Source: Corallochytrium limacisporum Hawaii
Lineage: Eukaryota > Protista > Pluriformea
Length of the DNA stretch: 64,000 nucleotides
Direction of reading: 5' to 3'
Assembly (NCBI GenBank): GCA_002811645.1
Contig: PDIP01000073.1
Location: forward strand, 105,524-169,523
The notes beneath the pieces are model-generated. The model was given only the letters and a program-made list of their open reading frames with translations, did not search any database and was not told the origin of the DNA. The position numbers and the translations under genes are program-made. Shown here in pieces: positions 44,937-54,764 of the stretch; the first letter of the stretch is position 1, and the number at the start of each line of letters is the position of its first letter.

Positions 44937-46196
44937 TTACACGACAATCCGCTTTTCTTCCCCCGGGGACTCATCGATCTCAGCGTGTTCCTTGATCGCC
45001 GCGATCACGTGATGATGTGGGTGGTGGTGGTGGCTGCTATGATCTGTCTCCGTGAGGACGTGCTTGAAGTCAAGGTACCGATTGCGGTAGTACTCGTTCT
45101 CACTTATCTTTTTGTCGACCTCTGCCCACTGCTCCAGGGTCCACTGCGTGGCCTGGTAGGCCTCAATCCAACTGTACTCTTGACGGAGCTGGATCTCACC
45201 GTTCTTGTTGGCATCCGCAAGGTCTACGTAGTATTGCTCGTAGTTGGTGATCCACGGCAGAGAAGTCAAATGGTTGTACAAATAGACGCGAACACCCGGG
45301 TTGTAAACAGGAGCCATGGATGGAGCATAATTGAGCACACCTACGATCTCATGGTTCTTCTCAAGCAGGAAATACTCGTCTTTGTGCAGATGGCTGAATA
45401 CCTGCACCATCACTGTGTCTTTGTACTCAGCGATAATATCGATATACTCTCTGTGACAATTCGGATACCACAGATGGTGGGGCCCGAGATGACCCGAAAT
45501 GTAGACACCGCGTCCCTTCTCCTTCGCATCCTTGAGCACATCCCGCAGCCATTGCATCTGCAGATGACCGGCACTCTTCTTGTGATTGCAACCCTTGGTA
45601 GACTCATTGAAAGCAACAAAGTAGACAGTGTTCAGAGCCACGGCAGTGACTTTATCCGGCAATTCCCGGGCGTAGTAACCCCCCCGAATGAATTTGGTCA
45701 GCTCTTCCTTGCTAAGGAAGGGTGAAAAGATGTCGGCTAGCTCCAACAGCATCTCATTAGGGCCTTCGCCAAGCTGGTTCAGTGGCCACAAATCGTAGTT
45801 GCCAATGGACGGGATTACGGGAACACTTGGGAAGGCAGAGTGGATTTTTTTAGCCACCTTGCGGATCTCTTGCACGACTTCGTGGTGTTTCCTCGGCTTA
45901 GACTCATCCGTGTCGTGGCGAGAGCTGTCTCCGGTCCACATGATGAATTGGGGGGTCTCAAGCTCATCCGCAACAACGTCAAGAAGAGTGTCGATCAGTT
46001 TCCACGGCGCGTCGCAAGTGCGGCTTCCGAACTGGCCAGCCACTCCCTGCCCCCGGTGGCAGTCGCGTGAAATGCGGGAGGCTGGTTTGTAGTGCTTATC
46101 CAAATGTGCATCGCCGAGATGCAAGAAAGAATGCACTGTGCCGTGTCCAGCGACGAGCGGCAGAAGTGCGCTGAGGAAAATAATGGATACGTGCAT
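44937..46196 (-). CDS. Secreted metallophosphoesterase, acid sphingomyelinase-like / endopolyphosphatase PPN1 family
   Basis: Signal peptide, then DAHLD, CDAP, WTGDSSRHD, GNYD, GHLGP, FSHLHKD and PVYNPGVRVY. Confidence 0.85.
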   Translation of the reverse strand: MHVSIIFLSALLPLVAGHGTVHSFLHLGDAHLDKHYKPASRISRDCHRGQGVAGQFGSRTCDAPWKLIDTLLDVVADELETPQFIMWTGDSSRHDTDESKPRKHHEVVQEIRKVAKKIHSAFPSVPVIPSIGNYDLWPLNQLGEGPNEMLLELADIFSPFLSKEELTKFIRGGYYARELPDKVTAVALNTVYFVAFNESTKGCNHKKSAGHLQMQWLRDVLKDAKEKGRGVYISGHLGPHHLWYPNCHREYIDIIAEYKDTVMVQVFSHLHKDEYFLLEKNHEIVGVLNYAPSMAPVYNPGVRVYLYNHLTSLPWITNYEQYYVDLADANKNGEIQLRQEYSWIEAYQATQWTLEQWAEVDKKISENEYYRNRYLDFKHVLTETDHSSHHHHPHHHVIAAIKEHAEIDESPGEEKRIVV

Positions 46197-47170
46197 TGCG
46201 AACAGCGTGTTCTCGACGTGCCTGAGTACCTGTGCGACTAAGGCATCTCCCTTGATGTAGTTTCTAATTCAGACGAATCAGAAATACCTTTTCCGCCGGA
46301 GTGGCTGTCTATCCATGCGAATCGTCAACTGCGAATCGGCAGAGTGCCAGCTCTGCGTTCTGATTCATTCTGTCGCGCATTCACTCGTTCTCCAGTTTGT
46401 ACCCCTGTCGGCACACAGATGCGCAAGTGTTTTCCAATTCACATCCCCAGAACCCCAACTCCTTGATATCCTTGCGCGGTTGTGTACCACAAGTGCGAGG
46501 AGCTCCTCCTTGGGAGATTTCTTACACGGTGTTACAAATCCTATGGGTTGCGCATTGAGCATTTCACGGTGTTGCCGCATGATGAATGAAAACTTGGATG
46601 GTTTGGCGTGCGTTGACCATTCCTGTGTGAATATGGCTGGCTGGTATGATCCCGTCACCGGTACCGAGGGGTGAAGGGTACACAGAGAGCATGCGGTAAT
46701 TGCAGAACGTTCAGTATTGCAAAGCCCTGTTTTCACTTCGAGTCGGAGTCGTTGAGTACAAATAGTTTCATAGTGAGATTTCGTTCTTCTAGCTAACGTG
46801 TTTCACTTGGAAGGGACCATTTTCCATTTAATATACGGAGAGGACTTCCGCACTCTTGATTGAAATATTGTCTGGTACATTCACTATGGAAACGACGGCA
46901 GCAGCTATTGCATGGAGAGGGAAGCAGATTGCAGGGGGTCTCCGCGCCAGAATTTCAAAACCTGAGGACTTGGGGGGTGGGTTGGGCACAGAGGTCTTTA
47001 GGTCATTGGAGCCTCGGATGTCCTCCTTATGCGATGCCGTCGCGGAATTTGGCTACATGAGGACCCGCTTATATTTAGAAGGACGAACTAATATAAATAA
47101 TCCGCATTGTTCTTATAACGATCTGTCAATTTCCAGTGTTAATACCCGGTTCCTGTAACGTTTGCGAAGT

Positions 47171-49543
47171 ATGACAGCCCCGTCGTGTATAGCAGTGGCC
47201 GTACGAGTTCGGCCACTGAAGCCGAGTGATCCCGACGCAGGTCGGCACGTCTGGGATATTCAGGGCAGACAATTGAGCCTGATCTTGGAAGATTCTGGTG
47301 GGCGTAGCAATACCTTCCACGCAAATCACGTCTACGGTCCGGAGTCCCAGACTGACAAGATTTACCAGGAGCTAGCGTCTCCGATTGTAGAAGGATCTCT
47401 CGAGGGTTTCAACGGCACTATTTTTGCTTATGGTCAGACATCATCTGGTAAGACTCATACTATGCATGGTAACCCGGAATGCCCCGGTATCACGATCAAA
47501 GCTCTGCGTCATATATTTCAACTCACGGCCGCCTCTCAGGATAGGGAATATTTGCTCCGTGTGTCGTACATGGAAATTTATAATGAAAATATCCGCGATT
47601 TGCTAGAGCCTAGAAACAGCAGGAATCTAAAGATCAGCGAGAACTATCAGCGTGAAGTTCAGGTTTCAAATCTAACTGAACGCGTGGTTAGTAACCCTTT
47701 GGAAGCTATGGAGACCATTCGCGCAGGAGAGGTGAACCGGACCTTCGGAGAGACAAACATGAACGAGCGGTCCAGTCGTGCCCACACCATCTTCCGCATT
47801 GTTGTAGAGAGCAGAAAGGTGTCTGAAGGCACCACTGACAAAGGCGCTGTGCGAATGTCATCTTTGAGTTTGGTTGATCTTGCTGGTAGCGAACGTGTCA
47901 GTCTGACTGGTGCAGAGGGCGAGCGCTTGAAGGAAGGTCAGCATATTAACAAATCGCTCCTTGCGCTGGGTCGGGTTATTTCGAGGCTGGCTGAGAAGGC
48001 CTCTTTTATCCCTTACCGGGATTCTAAGATCACCCGTATCTTACAAAACTCTCTCGGCGGCAATGCTCGCACGGCCGTCATCTGCACCGTCAATCCAAAG
48101 CCATGCTTTGTCGACGAGAGTGTGTCGACACTCAAATTTGCGAGTCGGGCCATGAGCATTGAGAATAGACCGACCATCAATGAAGTCGAGACCGAGGGTG
48201 CAATGATCCGTCGGTACCGCAAGGAAATCGATGCACTCAAGAAGCGCATCAATGAACTGGAGGGAGGGTCCGTCATCGAGAGTGACAGCATCGACTGCGC
48301 AAGTGGGGAATCCAATACTGACAAAGATGCTGAAGTCCCAGACATGGATGCAGAGGAAGAGATTACCTTCAATAAGGAGCGACTCCGTCAACTCACCCGG
48401 GCCCTTGTGGGAGGCACCTTGGGCAACCGGTCGTGTGCTGGCGGCACCTCTGGTGACAAGGTCCTGGACCGACGAATTACCATTGGGCCCGGCACCCTTC
48501 CGCAGCTATCACCGAGTTTCTTCGAACCGAAACGTCTCCCGACAGCCGAAAACTTGGAGCATCTTGGTTCCATTGAACATTTTGAGCGCATGAAGCGTGA
48601 AAGCGATGAGCACATAAGCGATCTCCTTGCCAAGATAAGTGAACAAAAGGAGGACTTGTTGACGGCCTCCCAGCGCATCAACCAAGAGAAAAGTGAACGG
48701 AAACTACTGAAACAGAAGGTATCTGCTCTGGAGGCACGTTGCAGTGCACTGCACTCCGATCTGGAGGCTGTAAAGCAGCAGGGTGCCCCTATCGCCGCTG
48801 TTGTCGACGTACCGAAGGTGGAGGATGACTCTGCAGCCCTGAAGGTGGCACAGGCAGGTATGCAGCTGAAGCAAAACGAGCTGACGCATGAAGTCAACGT
48901 CTTGCGCGTGCGCTGCAGCGATCTCGAATCCAACCTGGCCAAGGCCAAAGAGAACGCTGCCTCCATGCACAGGAATGCTCAACAACAGGGCGAGGAGATG
49001 CTCAAACGTGAGGAACAGGTTCAAGAGCTCAAAGACATGATAACAGAGTGGAAGAAAGGATATGCAGATCTCAAAAGCGAGCTCGAAGAAAGGACTGCAA
49101 TTTCCGAAAAGACAATTTCTGTTCTTAAGTCTGAGGTTAAGCATAAGGAGGACAAGCTCACGGAACACCGCGGATTTCTAGAGCTGGGTCGGGACCGGAT
49201 TCTTGAACTGGAATCCACCATCAATGAACTTGAACAGAAAGCTCCGGCGGAGACGCCGACCCTCATAACGGAGGAACGGGCTATCCAGACCGAAGGAACT
49301 GCGGCAGAGATGCGAGAAATGCACACGCAAACAGATCAGCAAGAGAAGACAACCGAAAATGACCCTGTGGTCCAACAGCTGAAGGCTGAGAATGCCGAGC
49401 TCCTGTCGGAGACTCATCGACTGCAGAAGGTACAGAAGAGCCTGAGTACAAAGGTTACCAATCTGAAAGTAAAGCTGCAGAATCGCCAAAATGGTGAGAC
49501 CGCGCTTTCAAGGGGACCTCTGTCCGAAGTTCAACAAAACTGA
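47171..49543 (+). CDS. Kinesin-7 (CENP-E-like) motor
   Basis: AVRVRP, FAYGQTSSGKTHTM, NERSSRAH, DLAGSE, IPYRDSKITRILQNSLGGNA and IRRYRKEI neck, with a coiled-coil tail. ATG is at 47171. Confidence 0.88.
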   Translation: MTAPSCIAVAVRVRPLKPSDPDAGRHVWDIQGRQLSLILEDSGGRSNTFHANHVYGPESQTDKIYQELASPIVEGSLEGFNGTIFAYGQTSSGKTHTMHGNPECPGITIKALRHIFQLTAASQDREYLLRVSYMEIYNENIRDLLEPRNSRNLKISENYQREVQVSNLTERVVSNPLEAMETIRAGEVNRTFGETNMNERSSRAHTIFRIVVESRKVSEGTTDKGAVRMSSLSLVDLAGSERVSLTGAEGERLKEGQHINKSLLALGRVISRLAEKASFIPYRDSKITRILQNSLGGNARTAVICTVNPKPCFVDESVSTLKFASRAMSIENRPTINEVETEGAMIRRYRKEIDALKKRINELEGGSVIESDSIDCASGESNTDKDAEVPDMDAEEEITFNKERLRQLTRALVGGTLGNRSCAGGTSGDKVLDRRITIGPGTLPQLSPSFFEPKRLPTAENLEHLGSIEHFERMKRESDEHISDLLAKISEQKEDLLTASQRINQEKSERKLLKQKVSALEARCSALHSDLEAVKQQGAPIAAVVDVPKVEDDSAALKVAQAGMQLKQNELTHEVNVLRVRCSDLESNLAKAKENAASMHRNAQQQGEEMLKREEQVQELKDMITEWKKGYADLKSELEERTAISEKTISVLKSEVKHKEDKLTEHRGFLELGRDRILELESTINELEQKAPAETPTLITEERAIQTEGTAAEMREMHTQTDQQEKTTENDPVVQQLKAENAELLSETHRLQKVQKSLSTKVTNLKVKLQNRQNGETALSRGPLSEVQQN

Positions 49544-49649
49544 GGTCACTTCTCTATTTCACATCCATATCATGACGTTCATATAATTCAAAAACAACCA
49601 TCTGACAAAACGCTTCCGTCACTTGTAAACGACTATTCATTGATTGAAC

Positions 49650-51461
49650 TCATTCGCCATCTATCTTGCGGCGCTTACTCTCAGCATCATCGTCAATCGC
49701 CAATGCACCCTCAGGACCCATGCCCTTCATGAGCGCAATTACCGCCGTCATATTGTCACAGCCAGATCCGTCTCCGTGTGTGTTTGGAGCCATGCACTTC
49801 AAGAATAACTGCTCACAAACGTCAACAAGATCCTGATTACCCACCTTGCGTTCCTTTGCGAGCTCTTTCAGTTTCTCCGACACATAGTCCACGGTTTCCT
49901 GACTTGTGAGTGAGTTCCATATTCCGTCACATGCAATGATAAGGAACTCATCTTCATCAGTTAGTGTTTTGATCTCGACATCCGGTAGAGCGGTAATCAT
50001 TTGTTCCTCTGGAGGTAGTTCGGCATTCTTCTTGTACATCATGTCACCAATGGCACGACTCAGGTTGAGATTGTTATTTACCCTGCCATCCAAGCTCACC
50101 TTACCACCAGCCCTCTCGATTCGACGAGTCTCTTCCTCGCTTTCCGGTTTGTGATCAAAACTTAAGTCAATTGCAGTTCCTCCTCGGCATAGCACTGCTC
50201 GTGAATCTCCTGCATTGGCCACATATATCACACCCTCACGTATAATCGCTGCAACCGCAGTGGTGCCGCTCTCGTAGCCTGGCCCAGTCTCGTCTTCACT
50301 GCCCACGGGAAACAGATGAATGTCCTCCTCTTCCTCACTGGAACTGGTCTCGTGGTCCGGGTCTCCCTTGGCCTCCAATTCAGCATCCTCTGCACTAACA
50401 TTGGGTCCTTCCTTCTCCGCACTTTCCTGATCTGCGCTTCCCTTCTCTAAGTTTCCCTGATCTGCATTTTCCTGTTCTGCATTTTCCTGTTCTGCATTTT
50501 CCTGTTCTGCATTTTCCTGTTCTGCATTTTCCTGTTCTGCATTTTCCTGTTCTGCATTTTCCTGTTCTGCATTTTCCTGTTCTGCATTTTCCTGTTCTGC
50601 ATTTTCCTGTTCTGCATTTTCCTGTTCTGCATTTTCCTGTTCTGCATTTTCCTGTTCTGCATTTTCCTGTTCTGCATTTTCCTGTTCTGCATTTTCCTGA
50701 TCCGCACTTCCCTGATCCGCACCTCCCTTGCCCTCGTTTTCCTTCTCTGCCACATTCTGGACCTCGCTGGAAGCAGTGACCTCCCCTTCAGCATTCACTG
50801 CTCTTTCGTCGCCCTGGCCATCGGGGGAGTCAGTGTTCATTTCCTCACCCGAGTGGTTCGGTTCGTTGGTGCCTCCGTGGACGCCCAATTCGTCTTCGTC
50901 GAACGCAATCTTCAAGCCTGTCTGTGCTTCAATCTCACGGAGCAAAGATTGCGTCCGTTGCATCATACGTCGCCGGTTGTCTTCCGGTGACGAGGAATCG
51001 TCTTGATCATTGCTGCCAAAACGGATCCTGAAGGCACGACCGCTGCCGGAGCCGCCACCTTCACTGTCCTTTTCATCGTCTTCGTCTTCGTCCTCTCCTG
51101 GGAATTTGAAGTCCTTGAGCTGATCCAATTCTTTCTTACCCTCCGGAGCATCCAAGAGTACATCCAGTTTCAAGAATGCGCGCTTCATTGCCGCATCTAT
51201 TGTGGCGTCCTCTTTGCCCAATTCCTCATCAATAATGTCAGCCATGTGCTTTGCACAATACTGTGCTACTTCCTTGCCTCCATGACCATCGAATACAGCC
51301 AAGAGGGCGTCCTTTCCACCACAGAGGGTCTTCACGCAGTGCGCATCTTCCATGCCCTTTCTCCATCCTTGCATGCCAGCTGCACCATACTGGTAATTTG
51401 TGATTACTCCCTTATCGATCTCAACAAGATCCCTCGCGGGCTTCGATCGGAAAGCGCCCAT
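49650..51461 (-). CDS. PPM1G: PP2C phosphatase, PPM1G-like (myristoylation-type MG start, acidic insert)
   Basis: MGAF, MQGWRKGMEDAH, FDGHGG, long acidic insertion, NAGDSR, NLSRAIGD, ACDGIWN and GDGSGCDNMT. Confidence 0.88.
   Translation of the reverse strand: MGAFRSKPARDLVEIDKGVITNYQYGAAGMQGWRKGMEDAHCVKTLCGGKDALLAVFDGHGGKEVAQYCAKHMADIIDEELGKEDATIDAAMKRAFLKLDVLLDAPEGKKELDQLKDFKFPGEDEDEDDEKDSEGGGSGSGRAFRIRFGSNDQDDSSSPEDNRRRMMQRTQSLLREIEAQTGLKIAFDEDELGVHGGTNEPNHSGEEMNTDSPDGQGDERAVNAEGEVTASSEVQNVAEKENEGKGGADQGSADQENAEQENAEQENAEQENAEQENAEQENAEQENAEQENAEQENAEQENAEQENAEQENAEQENAEQENAEQENAEQENADQGNLEKGSADQESAEKEGPNVSAEDAELEAKGDPDHETSSSEEEEDIHLFPVGSEDETGPGYESGTTAVAAIIREGVIYVANAGDSRAVLCRGGTAIDLSFDHKPESEEETRRIERAGGKVSLDGRVNNNLNLSRAIGDMMYKKNAELPPEEQMITALPDVEIKTLTDEDEFLIIACDGIWNSLTSQETVDYVSEKLKELAKERKVGNQDLVDVCEQLFLKCMAPNTHGDGSGCDNMTAVIALMKGMGPEGALAIDDDAESKRRKIDGE
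50461..50700 (-). repeat. Coding minisatellite: 16 x 15 bp encoding QENAE repeats
   Basis: Plus-strand unit TCTGCATTTTCCTGT repeated over 240 bp, identical except the final base, with degenerate copies on both sides. Confidence 0.97.
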
Positions 51462-53019
51462 CTTGGTTTTGTGTCTAATGTGTTCTCTTATTAATTAAGT
51501 AACGATTTCACTGCCTTCCATGGCGGTCGAATTTCGAACTGCTTTCAGAACCTTTAAGAACTATTAACCTTAAGTCATTATTGAGAAAAGAACCTCCCAT
51601 TTCTTGTAATCTTCGTACCCCTTTGGAAATACGTATGCTCTGATCTTAACAAATTGCATACTGCGATGACTTCAGATGATACAGAGCGCTCCATCGAGGA
51701 ATCTGGGGTGAAACTTATGAAAGTTCGGTAAATTCAAACCAGGACCAGCAGCACTAGGTACATTTCTGACTTTCTAGGAAAAACAACCGCCAAACCCACC
51801 ACCCACACACAAAATGATGCTGAGACCGGGTGCTGCCGGCCATAGCTTTGGAATAGTCCCGCGCTCAAGGGATGCCAGGACAGTCAGGAGGGGCGAGGTG
51901 ACACATCGCATAGTGAATGTGCTGCGCTTACTCCGCCATAGAGAATAACAATGGGAAAAAAAAACAAAAAGTGTTCTCAGAGGGGCCTCCCAGGATGGAA
52001 TAAGCACAGCGAGGTGTATGGAATATGGCTGCAAACACGAACTCTCTCGGTAGACCTACCTACCACGCACTGTGCAAGTGGAGGCTTCCTCCTGCTTAAC
52101 CAACTGCCGATCAAATTGGTGTCGGCTCTTCTTGCGTTCGTTCGGTGAGGCCTTCCGGTATGGTCACGAACTGGTCATGCGCAGTCCTGCGCGTTCGGAG
52201 CTCTGCCGAAACAAGAGCACATACGGATGTAGATCGTTCTGCAGTTGCCCGCCTACTTTGGTACGCAACTGTACACATTCCTCCTTGGTAGTCAGCCGGT
52301 TCACCATTATTTCAATTGGTTGTCCACTAGGACTGCGGAAAATGGCAAAGGCGCCAGACCTACTGCACATGCTCAAATAAATGATTGAAAAAAATTTGCA
52401 AATAGAGGGCAACTGTCGGCCGGCCAAAGGAATACATGTGCCGCTGTCGAGGTGCGTGTCGTAAGAAGTGGTATTTCGCCGTTTGACCGCGCTGAAGAAT
52501 AAGACTGCCGTGTGGGTGATCTGGACGCAGCAAGTCTTGTTCTGATGGAGCCATGCCAGACAAAAAGAAATCCAACACTGAGGTGGTAAAATATCAGGTT
52601 CTTGGCCACATGCTCCTAAAGGAATGTGATAGCGAAATGCGTCCAGATGTCCACTTTGGCCAGGCCGTTGCGGAATGGCCGACGTGCGCAATTCAACTCA
52701 ATGCTGGGTGCAGGATCGTCTTGCGTCTGAATAAACCTAGGTTGGGACCTCCCGGAGTCTGCGTATTGGTGACCCTCCGAGTTGGGGCAAAATTGAAAAA
52801 GTGTATGCGTCCAACATCCGTATTTCCAAAAGCGAGTGATTGCTGAGCTCTGTCTATTGGAGAACGGACGGATCCCAACCAACCCTCGTGATTGGCAGGT
52901 CCTCAGTATGTGACTAGCTGGAGTGTCGAGGCTTTCCTACGAGAGCCAAGTGGATCCGAGTCTAATCAATCAATACAATTCCGCATGGAAATTGCCCACC
53001 AACACAGCCAGGAGTCGCC

Positions 53020-54689
53020 CACACCTACTTGATTCAAGAGTTTGGGATCCCGGTGCCCTTCTTTGAAGTATGGTGGTGGTTGGAGAGAAGCGGAGGTGGC
53101 AATAGGCCCCTGCAGCGTTGGCCCTTGCCGGGACTCTGCCGATCACCCTCGCAACAAGCCACGCAAGCGCTGGAAAGGGCTGCCGGCTCGGTATCTCATG
53201 AGTCCGGTCCGCCAAAAAAAAAAAGGGTGGGTACCCAACAAAGGGAAACAAGCAAGACTTCGATTGCCGGCGGTTCAGAAAGTCCGGAGAAAATGAGAAG
53301 TCTGCGACATATCAGGAGGGTACTTGCAGCTGGTTGGGCAAGTTGTGGATCGCTCGGCGAGCGGGTCAAAAGGGGGAAAAGGAGGTGGGCCATCCAATGC
53401 GATGGGGCACAATATCAATTAACGGAGGTTGCAATGGGTATGCGCGACCCAGGAATTAGAAGGACAGATCAGGCACATGCTTGAACAGTCTGATATTCTG
53501 AAAATAGGAATTGCCACAGCGTTGCACGACATGACCAGTATTCTCAATGTATGGAGTGACGAGATTCTGCTGTCCCTGATGAATCAACTGTTGCAAGATC
53601 CGACCCCAGAAGTGGTCAACGCCGTCGTCCGCAATCTTGACAATACTCTGACAACAATTAATCACAACTTCCCACTCACCTGGGCAGAGGAGAGCCATCG
53701 TACCCTGTCCAGGATTGTTACCGCAAGCATGACACTTAAAGTAAAGTAGCGGTATCTGGGTACTCTAGTGAAGCAGCTTGTGCACATTATGCCCCTTAAC
53801 ACCAGTAGTGACCAAAAATTTTACCGTCACTGTCCCATGCTTTTGTCATCCTTCATGACAAGAATGTTTTCAAGGCGGTCAAGAGAAGCACTGCCATCAC
53901 CTGGCTCACCTTTTGCGCAACACCAAGGAGGCTGATCATCGACGAGACCTAGTGGATCGTATTGTGGAGGACTTTGCTTATGCGCGGTCATGATACGATC
54001 ATGTTGTGTACATTTGGATCTGTGAAGACTGCCTGAAGATCTTCTCCAGGAAGTTCTTCAAGCGCAACTTCATCACAATTTACTTGTACATGGGAAAGGA
54101 TCCGGTCGAGTCCATTGTAGTACAGATGCTGTTGCTTATTATGCCTCCAGTTAGGAAGACACTGGCTCTTCCTGGTGATGGACATCTACTGAATCAGATC
54201 GCGGATGTGAGCGTTGTCATCGCCAATCAGCTGAAGTCGCCATGGGCCTGCAATGAGTTGAGCTCGATTCTAACCAATTTGTCGGACTACTCACGAAAGG
54301 GTAGGCGGGACTTGTTTCTATCGGGAGAGGCTGTGAAAGCCGATGAGAGAAAAAAGCATGCAGAGACCAATTTCTTTGAATCCGTTGTTCCAAAACCTGT
54401 ACCAACAAACAAATGGGTGCTACTAGTAGACATGAAGGAGGCTATTTCTGCCACCAAGCGCCCCTTTCTAGCGGCACTTGGTACAGTCTGCACGAAAAAA
54501 ACGCTAGCGCCACTAAGTGAACGCGTTCGTAGCGTGCCGATCACACAAACAAGCAGAAGTAAATCGAATGCTTCAGCGAAAAACGGGAACAAGGAGGCCA
54601 GCATCTTCCACAAAGCCTTCTCAAATTTGAGGCTAGAGATGAATCCTCTATCTCACTCTACGCCTTCGCAAATAAAGAAAATCAGATAG
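53020..54689 (+). pseudogene. PPP4R4: PP4 regulatory subunit 4 (PPP4R4/CFAP14) pseudogene
   Basis: Stitched reading WLGKLW...LLQDPTPEVVNAVV...K*RY...SSDQKFYR...RS*YD...CEDCLKIFSRKFFK...DPV...RKTLALPGDGHLLNQI parallels human HLGKLC...LLQDESLEVLDALI...KWRT...SSDQIYYR...KSYWN...CEFIIEIFSKSFFC...DPV...KSTLKIPADKHLLQQL. Stops are at 53747 (TAG) and 53991 (TGA), with frameshifts near 53448, 53834 and 53911. The 5' limit is uncertain. Confidence 0.82.
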
Positions 54690-54764
54690 AAAGTGTATCA
54701 ATTTTAATTGAATTGTACTTTCTAAAAGGATTTATATTGTATGGTATTGAATTCAGTTCCTAAT

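Noticed and set aside
44534-54689. Stop-codon reassignment as the explanation for in-frame TGA/TAG
   Set aside because: Intact genes end in TAA, TAG (MEA1) and TGA (COX20, ASCC3, CHMP2) and contain no internal stops over many kb. The relics also carry frameshifts.
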